From assembly GCA_015680685.1 (NCBI GenBank), contig MNCI01000690.1, positions 62,001 through 126,000 of the forward strand: DNA of 64,000 nt, written 5' to 3'. Below, piece by piece: positions 22,601 through 34,600 of the stretch; position 1 is the first letter of the stretch; the number at the start of each line of letters is the position of its first letter. Under the pieces are notes generated by a model. That model was not told where the DNA came from. It ran no database searches and was given only the letters and a program-made list of their open reading frames with translations. The position numbers were made by a program, and so were the translations under genes. The stretch is from Gnetum montanum. Lineage: Eukaryota > Plantae > Gnetophyta.

Positions 22601-25600
22601 GGGAATTTGTTATCTTCAATTTAAAATTCGAATTTATGACCATGTATCTGTTGATGCAGAAACTTTGGTCCCAATGCAAAACACACACAAAGCACAATTT
22701 CACAAGGTATTGCCTAGGGCACCTTGCTTATGGGCACAGCTACTTAAGGAATAGTCTGAGAGGAAGAGTTAAATGACCACTAAAGCAACTTTTTAAAAAA
22801 AATTAAACTGAGCATCTTAAATTATTTGCATTTGGTTAAAATGTTGAACAAAGAAAGAGAGAATAACTTAAATAGATAACAGAAAATAATAAAATTACAA
22901 CAAATAAACAAGAAACTTAGTGGAGTAACTGCAATTGCAGAGAACAGTAACATGCATAACATACAGGTTTAGCAATGTTGTAGAAATAAATTTAAAGGAT
23001 GTTTGAAGTCAATGTTCAATCCCTATTAAGTGTAGTTAATAGATTATGGGAACACTTATAATTCTTTCACTCTTTGTTAACCAAATTTAAAATAAGATCC
23101 TTTAATGCTAAGCCATGGGAATCTTATCTAAATATGTTGTTTTATGATGCTATCTTTGAGTTTGAGTTGATGCCATAGCATCCCCTTTGGGTTGCATTTT
23201 TTTTAAAAAAATGTATTATTTTGAGTTATTTCCACAGGTGGGCAATCCATGCTAAACTATGATGAGATGACTCAACATCAGGGATTCATGATGTGGGGGA
23301 AAGAATTTACGCTAGCAACCAGTTAAGTTCATTCCTTCTTATGTCCAATCATGATTTGTGGTGACTATACCTTAGTTCATAATGATTGCACAAACTAGAC
23401 TCCTACCCTTTTCCCTTTCCCTTAAAAAAAATTGTCATTTTAATTCTCACTCTTTAAAACCACCGTGGATCTTACAATTAAATTTGTTAACAAATGTATT
23501 CAATGATTTAACCCAAAAAAAAAAAAAAAAAGTTTTCTTTTTCTTTTGCTTTCCATTCCACTCTCCCTTTCCATCCACACTTTCCCTTTCTCTTTTTTCT
23601 CACAGCTCCATTCTCACGTTGCTGGTACTACCTAGAGTTGGTGTTGTTGCTAGCTGCAAGTTGCTGTTACTGCTTTGTGCACCGACTACCCACAAACCAC
23701 CATTATTGCAGCTTCTAACTCCACTAGGTTTCTTGTAATCTTGTTGTAATTTTATTATTTTCTGCTATTATATATTTAACTTATTCTCTCTCTTTGTCCA
23801 ATGTTTCAACTGAATGCAAATAAATTAAGATTCCTAGTTTAATTTTCTTTTTAAGTTGCTTTATTGACCATTTAACTCTTCAATGCAAACTATTCCTAGG
23901 CTAGTCGTGCCCATAAGTAAGGTGCCTTAGGCACTACCTTGTGAAATTGTCCTTTTTAGATGTTTTGTGTTGTGACCAAAATTTTGACATCAACAATATC
24001 GATAACAAAAGTTAATTGAATTATAATACCCATTAATGAACCTTTTGTAGGTTATATTTTAGGTGTCGGAATCTAGCAACCTTAAATGTTTAAGAATCTT
24101 TTTTAGGAAATACATTAACCAAAGCCTTATCTACAAAGTAGAGAACATGTCATATTGAGGAAGATCAATTGGTTTTCAGAGTCTACTAAACAATTACACC
24201 TGTTCATGTAATGTTTTGGTGATTCAGAGCCATTACAGTAAATACATGGCATAATCTGGCATCCAAAAGACAACCAAAGGCACATTGGTGGGTATCATAT
24301 TTAAATTGGAGTTTGTTATCTTCAATTTAAAATTAAAATTTAGGACCATGTCTCAATAACAAAAGGTAATTGCATTATGATTCCCATTAATGGACTTTTG
24401 CAGATTATATTTTGGGTGCTGGAATATGCACCTGGGATAAATAAATCAGTTTCCACGGTCTACTAATCAATTACACGTGTTCTTGTAACACCATAGTTTG
24501 GTGATTCCAAGACCACACAAAAAGTAAACACAAGGCATATTATGGCATCCAAACTTTAACCCCTTTAAAATCCCAAGTTTAAACTGAAGCACTCTAATGA
24601 AAAGGGACATAATACAGATCAGAAGTAGAATTAGACTAGAATTACTCCCGATTTTAGGGGTCTGAAATTTGAATCTGGAAAGAGTTTCTGGCCAACCAAA
24701 CTACTTGGGATACCATTTTTACCAACTCTTCAAAGTATGTTGACAATGCTGTTGCGATAAGCATTCAGCAAGAAGAAGAAACAATGAAGAAACGAATTTC
24801 ATAAACACAGTTCAGCTTTTCTTGGGCGACCTAAAACGATTCCACATTTATTCTTTACACCAAACTATTCTATGACATTGAATTGGAACTGAACTTTCAG
24901 TTCATCGAGAAAGCTACTCGAAAGATTTAACACATAGGCTCAATGTACAACAGATGAGTTTGAAAAACCAGAAGAAACCTGCCAATGTTAGAGAAGCTAA
25001 CTGAAATAATTTGAAAACATTATTAGCAACGATACTCCATTTTCTCAAAATACAAATCACTTGAAAAAACATTTACCACTATTTCAAGACAATTAATTAT
25101 TCCTGCAAGAACTTACCTTACCACCATGTTTTCTCAAGTCAGAAATGTCCAAGAAGTAACCCCTATTCAGTTCATCTGTACTGTACCAACGGAAAATAAC
25201 AATCAATATGCAAACTCCAAATCACAAATCAACAGGATATATGTGTTCTACAACAACCACTCCCCTAACACTATATCATCTGTCTCTTCTTGCTCTGCAC
25301 TTTCAATTGACTATTCAGAAATGAAAGCAACCAATAGCATGGCAGTTAGATGTAAATCTCAAGGATACTAGATGTTGAGAACAAACAAATGTGCTTTTTG
25401 AAATCATAATCAGAGACGAAAGCCTTGTAAAAGCAACCATACATGAAATGGTTTTTACTGTATTTTCCTATCTATATGAACTGCTGAGAACCAAGTATAC
25501 TGATGTCTCATTAAGTTTTTCAGTTTGTTTAGCATGAAGCACACTGCACGCATGCCATATTTAATCCCAATCATCTAAGGATCTCTACAAAAGATGTCAT

Positions 25601-28600
25601 GCATTTTCAAAATTCAAATCAAATTCATAATTACAGGATAATCAAATTACCATACCACGATCCCAACAAAATTACAACTGCAATAACATTTGATTTGCAA
25701 ATTCTGTAATTTGAATTCAACAGTTTAAAATTTCTAAATTCCAACTCCTTCGGTTCCATTGTTTTAATAGATAGACCTACTGGTTAAGGTGGTCTGATGT
25801 GAGATTTGTCTAGAACATTATATGTTCATTCTTTAATTAGAGTTGATGAGCATAGGGAGTTGGTTAGTTGTTTTAATTCTCGTGTGAGATTATGTTATGT
25901 CTAGCCATCCAAAAGTAAACTCATGTTACGGAAAAAAAGGATGAAGGTCCACTCCAAAGACATATAAACACAAGTCATGGGCTCTCAAAAGGATGCATGA
26001 TGTTTTCATGACACTGCGTTCAATGAGAAGAATAGCATTGTTCTAAATTTGTGTTCCAATGTGTTTGATGAAATTTGCTATAATCATTTTGCTTCATGTT
26101 ACTTGAATTTCTAGCTTGAATTCTTGTTTGTTTGTTGGTCCTATTGATTCATCCCACTAAAATTTTGACGTTTGGGATGTCCCTGGGACAGAGATGCATC
26201 CCAAACACATAGGGGACGTGTTGCATTACAGATGCAAGGTAGGAACAAGACATATCTATCCTATTATCCACAATTCGTAAGTTAATCAGTCAACAGCATC
26301 TCTAGTACCTGCAGATGCCTCTGGGCATCGTTGGCATCTTTGAATGGCATTGTGCTGGTACATTCTTCAGAAGGCCTGCTAATAAAGGTTTTGCATTTTC
26401 TTCATCGTTATGTTCTGTTATTTGATATTGCTGGATATTATAAACACTGAAAAAGAAATACATGAAGGTAATCCAGAAATTTTGCATAAACACGTGTTCT
26501 GCAACCTGTATATTATTTGAACTCTTCAAGTCCCAGATGCATCCCCAGCGTGCGTCAAACACACTCACATCCCCAACATGTTTGGGGACACATCCTAGCA
26601 TCCGGGTGTCCCCGTATCCCAAGGCTTGTGAAACAGAGAAGATCAATCAATATACCATTTTGTTCAGAAAAAAATCTCCTGTTTTGTATTGAGTTGTCAT
26701 GATGTTTTTATCATATTCTTAGTAAGAAATGATTATAAACTATTAAATTCCTGTTTAATTAGCTTGACTTCGAAGTTTGAATTAAATTAGTTGTTAACTA
26801 TCCCATGCTTTGAGGGATTTATTAGATCTTGCTAATTTCCCCAAAACAAGGGTTCTTTTCCCCAGATCTAATTGAATTTTTAACATTAGTTGAGTTCTCT
26901 AAAAAAATAATGATGGATAATCATGAACCCATGTTTTTCTGGGTTGCTCAAAGGCACTTCAACCAGATTTGAAATGAATTTTGCCTTCATTCCATCAAAG
27001 ACGAAAAGATTGTGGGCTTTTGTTTCACTTTCCTAGCACAAAGTGCATCACAACCTAGCTGATAGCAAGAAAGCTATACTCACAATAGCATTGTGAATAA
27101 TATAAGAGTATTTTTTAGCTCTATCGCAACCTAGTTCACACAACGTGATCATGATCAAATATCAAAACAAAATGGTCATTGCAAGCATGGTTACAAACTA
27201 GAACAAGGTTGCAATAGACCTACAACATGCAAGAAAAAACCAACATCAAAATCAAAAGATCTGAGAGTCTGTAGACATCTATTGGTCAAAAATTTATCAA
27301 ATTTGGCCCTAACGATACCATGATTCCACAACCTTAATTTTCAAATTCTGAAAACAAAAACATTATGACCTCCAATCTGTTAAATTTAATGTAATGATGT
27401 TTTCATCTACATTGTTTGACACCAACAGAATCCCCAGATACTCTAAATTAAGATTTGATTGACATTATTCTTAACTAATGGGTCATTGTCCAAAAGAACC
27501 TTTACTTTTCTAAAGTTCATCATCACCATCCTAGCTTTCTCCCAACCAAATGTGGTCAGCTAATCAAGTTCTCTTTTGTCATTCATCTCTATTAGAAGCT
27601 AAATCCTTATTTATCTACAAATTTTTATATCATATTTAATCATTTTTTCTGTTTTTTTTCAATCTTCCTTACAATTTTCTAAAACAGTGATATGGCAACT
27701 TTTTTGAGAGGTTTATTATCTAAGCTTCTTTGGACATGACCAAACTATCTAAGACACCATTCATGTAGCTTATTTGGAATAGAAACCACTCAAAGTCTTC
27801 CTCTAATATTAGTCTTGCGCAATTCATCTCTTCTTGTAACATTCAACATCTATCTAAGCACTCACATTTCTACCACACTAATTGATTGTTCATGTCTCTT
27901 TTATATAGCCCAACATTCAACACCATATAAAATACCATGCTTGATTATTATCTCATTAAATTTTCTTTTCATTTTTATTGATATCCTTCTATTGCATAAA
28001 ATACCACAAGCCTATCTTCATTTTGACCAGCCTACCTCAATCCTATTTGTTGCATCCTTATCAATTTTATTGTCTAATTGAAACACTAATCCTCGGTAGT
28101 AGAACTATTTGCAATGGAAGATTTTTCGCCTTAAATTGTTACTTCTATTCTATCACTATTTATAAATTTCTTAAAATATATTCCATGCATTCTATCTTAC
28201 TTCCACTAGTTAAACTTTTCTTTTCTTTTTTGTGAAAAGGTTAGGCATCATATTAAAATGAAAAAACATTTACAAGAAACATCAATGGGGAAGGACCCCA
28301 AGGACATGCAGGGTAATAACCACCCCCTCCACCACCCACCCCCCCTCACCCCATAGTTGGGAGAGGAGAACCTCCACAAAATCAAAAGCAACAAATAGAA
28401 ACAAAAACTCCCCCCAAAGACAAAACCTGCATAAAAGAGAGGGCTTGACCCCATAGACAAAACTAGCCCCTCCCTGGGCACTTTCAAGCATTACATTCAA
28501 AACCATATGCTAAAAACCCCAACGCCCTCATAGGGCAACCTTGCTCAATCCTAGAAAAAGAGGTCATCCAATAGATCATTGTATCTTGGTGCAAGGGTAG

Positions 28601-31600
28601 ATTGCCTTCTCCTAGGTGTGTATTCCATCCAGAACCACCCGAAAGCATTTCGTTGTGACAAATGCCACAACCTCTTGGAATTCCTTGTACTTCGCCTCAC
28701 ACACCTATTGGGCTTCTTCCATAGTGGCTTTGTCCAAGTGGAATTTAGCAGAGGTTGTCTAGATGTGTCACCTCAAACTATCCCAGAAGACATTACGATT
28801 AATGCCCATGAACTTGTAAAGACAACGACCTGTGCAAAACCAACATATGGCACTGGCCTCATGCACAGCCAACTGATTTTTCTAGATCTATTCCTCCTCC
28901 AAGAGGGCCCTAATGCATTGTTCTTCCTCCTATTCTCTGTGAAGCCATTCTTGTTCTTCTCAGCATAGATCCTCTCTAATATGTGCCCTCATTTGGTCCT
29001 CTAGGGAGCTCTTAAGAGCAACCTCCTACAATTCCCTTTGGCGCCACTCCTTTGCCCTTGCTTCTCTAAGTTGCCCCTCCACCTCCTGATACCTGCACTT
29101 GGTCTCCTCCTTGCACCTCCTAATCTCCACCTCCCAACGTGCTTGCTCCTTAACCCTAGCCTCCATGACGACCCGAAGCAGATCGACCTCAAACTTGTTT
29201 TGAAGTTCCCTACGCACCTGGTCCTTTGTGGACCGGATTTGCTCATGGAACAATGGCTAATTAGTGGCAAAGTCCTACCAATTAGGGTCCTCCCTGGTCC
29301 CTACTAGTGCCTCCCTCTCTGAATGCTCCTCCAACACAACCCTAGTTAATGAAGAGGACTCCCTTTCCTAAGAGGGTCTATGTTGCACATACATCCTCTT
29401 GACCAGGATGGGCTTGGCCGACAGTGGCTCAATTGCCCATGCTACTCTCCAAAGCGCTAGAATCAAGCTGAAATGTTGCCCCCTTCTGCCCCATTGGAGA
29501 GACGCTAGAAAAAACTTCGAAAGGTTAGGCAGTTGGCCAAGTTGCATGCAGCAAAGGAAGGCGAAATGCACCTCCTAAAGTTTCCACATATTCCCTAATT
29601 GAACAAAAAAATACTCCACAAGCTACATGGCATCTTGCTATAGAGGAGGCAAGGCCGACTTAGGGACCTACCCACTTTCAGTCTTAGGGACAAGAACTAG
29701 AAAAAAGCTCTTAGCATTTTGAAGCCCCCACCCTGAGGGCAACACTGTCTCCCCCACCATTGGAATACTAAGGTACTCAATGATCTCGACCTTGGTGAGC
29801 CTAATGTAGACATCACGAAAGGTGGTGAAATCGTTGCACCACCGCAAAAAGAAGGAGGCATTGGTTAGGTCTGGGTCCCCACCTAGAAGGGGGAGTAGGT
29901 CCTCCCACCCGATCTACACCACCAAGCCCCAAAGCGACTAATTAGTCTAAAAGCTATGACAATCTGGTTTGAAGGTCAGCATGAAACCCATTGCAACTAT
30001 TTCCTCCTGTCGTAGCCACAACACACAATGAATAATGGTAGCAGGTGAAGGCAAAGGCATGGTTTGAAAAATATACTCATTCCTAGCCCACCAAAGTGTC
30101 CAAAGGCTAGCAAGAGAATCTCCTCTTTACAATGGTGTTACTGTCGAGGCCGCCTAGACCACACATGTGAATGGGCACTAAGATGTAGAATGTTGCGTGG
30201 TTCAACTACCACATTACAGAGTGGATATGTATCATTAACATGGAGTCCACACTCGCAGAGCAAAGCCCATATTGGCAACGCCCCTTGAGCAATCAACCAT
30301 AAAAACATTTAATTTTCTCTGGTAAGTGTCCATGCCAAATCTACCTCCATCCTTGGACCACAGGCTATTTACTACACATAAAGTCACACGGTTGAGTGCC
30401 CAACAATTCCATCTGCTCTAATTGTTGAGTAGCCATGCAAAAGTTGCGCCAAAGACAGAAGTCCTAGGAGCTCGCATTCCAAGGGGTGTATTTCCACTGC
30501 AATATTGGAACCCAATGTCTCCCCGATTCGTCATGCAAGAAGTAATTAACAAGCATTTGGTAGCCCATTATAACAATGTCATAAATACTCATAATGTCCA
30601 ATCCCTAGAATTTTGAGGCCTTGCCACCTTCTTCCAGCACACTAGGTGCATTTGGTCACCCCCTTTTCCCCCTAACTAGACAAAATTGCAAACAATTTGG
30701 TCAATTTTGGCGATGATCCCTTTAGGGGGGATAGCAACTGAAGTTGTGTACCTCCAAATCATAAACAACACAAAAAAAGCAAGGAGCATTCTTCCTTTTC
30801 TAGTTAGAAAACGACAAGTTCAATGTCGCACTCTAGTTTGCAATCTTTATATTAGGCAGATCAAACTATTTGATTCTACACCATGCCATCACTTTTCCAT
30901 TTTAGAAGCAATATTTAGTCAAGATGTATCCACCAACAACATAGTATCTACAAACAACATACACCAAGGGATTTCATCTTGTATTAGTTAATTCATCCAT
31001 AACAATAGCAAACAAGTAACGGCTAAGTGCAAATCCTTGATGTAGACCTACCATAACTGAAAAATCAAATGTGATTACACAAGCTATTCTAACTCTAGCA
31101 ATAGCTTCTCCATGCATGTTATGAATTAGTTTAATATATTTAACAAGATGTTTTTCCTCCATAAGACCTACCAAATAATATCTTTAAGCACTGTATCATA
31201 TGCTCTTTCTAAGTCAACGAAGCTCATATGTAGATTTTCTCTATCTTTATAAAATTTCTCCATTAAGTATTGTATCAAAATAATAGCTTATATAATAAAT
31301 CTCTCTAGCATAAATCCAAATTGGTTTTTTAATATCGTTGATTCAAGTCTAATTTGTAATGCTCTCTCCAAGTATGACCTTACAATATTTACAAATGGCC
31401 TAGTTTTCTGCATAGCAAAAAGCAGCCAATATGTATTTTATATGTGCTACTTTTATATGTAATTAAATGTTTGGGCCCTCTTCTGAAACTAGGTATTTAC
31501 AATTGCAAAATCACAAGCACTTTGCAAGTTGCAATAGTGAATCTCCCATATCATGTTGCCCTCCAAATGCATTTCCTCCATAAATCATTTTATATCCTGC

Positions 31601-34600
31601 TCTCATAGATCCAATGTGACCATTAAAATCCCCTCCAATGAATATGTTTTCTTGCTAGAAAATTACATGAAACATCATATATGATGATGATGTTGGCAAC
31701 ATCATTTCCAATACAATATTCAGGCTCATAATCCAATCACCATTGCAACATATCTGTACCACCTTTTCATTGAAAACTAATTGACAATGGTGACCTCTCC
31801 ATTTTGGTAATTATGTTTTAACAAGTAGAAAAGCTTGTAACCCTTGTCTGATTCTTGAGCATTCTCCCCTTTCTATTTTGTGGTTTCAATACATCAATAA
31901 TTCCAAGGATCTTTCCATTAAAACAGTCAATAATCCAGGTTGCCATCTGAAATTTCTACTATTGAACTTGATTTTTTACTCACACCCATCCCTGTTGTGG
32001 AAATCCCTACTCACTTTCCACAACATCCAGGCACCAATGTTGCATATTATTTCTAAAGGACATCCTAGCAAGTCTTTGCTCATTTTTCACAACTAAGCCC
32101 TATGAATACTAGCAAGCATCTAAGGAATGCCCTTGCATCTGCAAAATCTAAAAATAACTCATCCATGGGATTTGATATAGTTTTACAGCTGGCTACCACC
32201 TGACACTAAGCCTCCTCTTTTCACATCCCAGCTTAGGACCAACAATGGCAGAGTTCTTTTCTTTTCTAAAGTTCTTATTGATAATATCAAGGTCTTTGGA
32301 AAAGACTAAATGTGTTTAAGCTAAACTTAGTTTCCCAACTTTCTCAAGCTCCTGTTTCTTTCAACCTTCTGAACCTGCTTGCCCTTATCCAACCTTCATT
32401 TGCAAAGGTCTAACCATTATCTTGCAGCTGGCAATGCATTTTGAATGTTGTCTACACTCCTCTACCAAAGCTCATGCTCTACCCAAGGCATAAACTTGAA
32501 AAACTTATACTCCTCTTTCACTTTAGAAATATGGATCAGCAATTCTTTAAATCATTCAAGATAGTCCTCAACGTTGTTGGGGTATTCCAAGGCATCCATC
32601 TTCTTTCAAGCAATCCATGCTGAATTTCCTAGTTGGAACTATGAAGAGACATCCTAACTGTTCACTCTTTTTAGCACACAAAATTCATAGCTACCATTTT
32701 TTTGTCACTCCTGATAAGCATTTAGAATCCCCTCAGCCTTTTCACACCAATGCAAGTATAATTCTAAGTCAGGAGAAGCTAATCTTTGAGATTTTCATTC
32801 ACATTATGTAGTAAAGGCTCTCTAGGTCTATTATGGATATTGCTATTCCCTTCTCTGATCTTTCCTACTAGGAAGGTCTCATGGATAGTATTTATATTTT
32901 AAAATTCAAGCATGGACCTTTCAAGGACGCCAAATTGGATCACCAAGTCATATGCCAATTGAACTTTTTCTTCCACTTTCTAAAGGTATGAATAGTGATC
33001 CTCATGCTTACCCAAGAAGCACTCCAAAAATCACATAAAGAACCAAACTCAAGCCTCAACCAATTTCAACCATTAATTCCTTAACAAACCGGTTTTTGAT
33101 TTTGAAGCAAGGTCACCTACATCAGGATTTTCTGAGACTCAACATCATGTTAATCCATTTCCTCTTCATATTCACTGTGGATATCATCTGAGCCTTCTCC
33201 ATGAGACTTTTTCAGCAATTCATCACTTTGAACTTCTTCTTGAGTCTTGAGTGTTAATATAATAAGACTCACAAAAGCTCTGTTCTATAAAGTTCCACTA
33301 TAGTGCTTAAGGAAAGTGCTTCTACAGTTTGTAAGTTATGTTATTTAAGTATGTGGGTCGAAACCCACGGCACAAGCTTACCAAATACAAAGGAAACACG
33401 GAAGTTGCTGGACTTAGAAGTGGAAATTTGCTTCCCAAAATACGAATCAATAACAACCTAAAACAAATTCAAATTCAACCTAGGCTCCAATAGCACCAGA
33501 ATTTTGTCCTTTATGTCATCCAGCACCACATAGAATCCCTCAAAACTCAGTTAAGAACCTACATAGATCTGAGGTGGAATATGCAAACACAAATTAGAGT
33601 TGGTATTGAAAAAAAAAAAAAGATATCTGAGCATACAAAACTTAAAATTTCATCCAATTACAATAACAACAGGACACATCTTCTTGACGCTCATGCATGA
33701 CAATGAAGACTACCAGCATGACTTCTACACTGTCTAACTTATAAAGGTAATCACTTGGTAAAGCATTGCTCCTTAAACACTGACACTGGAGCAGAAAAAT
33801 ATCTGTTGTAAAGGCGAGGAGAATGGTGCAGTTAACTGAGGGTAACCCTTCTAGGGTGAAACAGACTAATTTAGAAGTCATGCAACAAATCACTCAGCAT
33901 ATGGCTATGTGGGTATCGGATGCAACAACTAGTGAAGGGATTTTCAATACTTTCTCTTCACAAAATTCAGCTAGTTCCTATAGTGCTTGGATCAAAGCCT
34001 GTTACAACATTTTGGAATGAGCACAGCTATACCATCACTGTCGAAGTGGCCTACAGTTCCAAGACAAAAGTGGATTTTGTTTATACATCCTGTAAGCTAG
34101 CAACATTTCAACCCATTAGATGCAATTGTATTGTAAGGTATGTTCCCATCCAAGTTGTAACATGGCAAGGAATTCTGAACTTCTCCATTTTGGATAGAAA
34201 TTTGTGTCAGGTGATCTTTGATTAAGAATTCTTTCAAACAAGGACAGTGATCGCAGCATCCCAACCAAATTTATCATTTATTTTAAGACTCATGAACCCT
34301 GTAGAGCAACAGAGGGTTCTTATGATGTGCATTGACAGCTACAAAAGGATGGTTAAAAATCCTTTACAAAACATTTTTTTTAAAGTTGCTACCAAGGGTA
34401 CAAATTTAAACTTAGACTCACAAATCCATGAAGCCTTGAAGATTTACAGTGAGATGATTCTGCCTGAATTACCTGGGTTCCTAACTAAGTGAACAACTAC
34501 TGATCAAAAAATTCATTTAGTCCTAGGGACAACTACTCAACTACAAGGCAATACAGGTGGAACAAAAACAGTAAAGTTGACAAAGCAACTTGAAAGCCTT

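Noticed and set aside
28580-30000. RNase H domain as the explanation of the L1 extension
   Set aside because: No K.N.DG, AE..A or E.DS motifs were seen, and the length and coiled coil do not fit.
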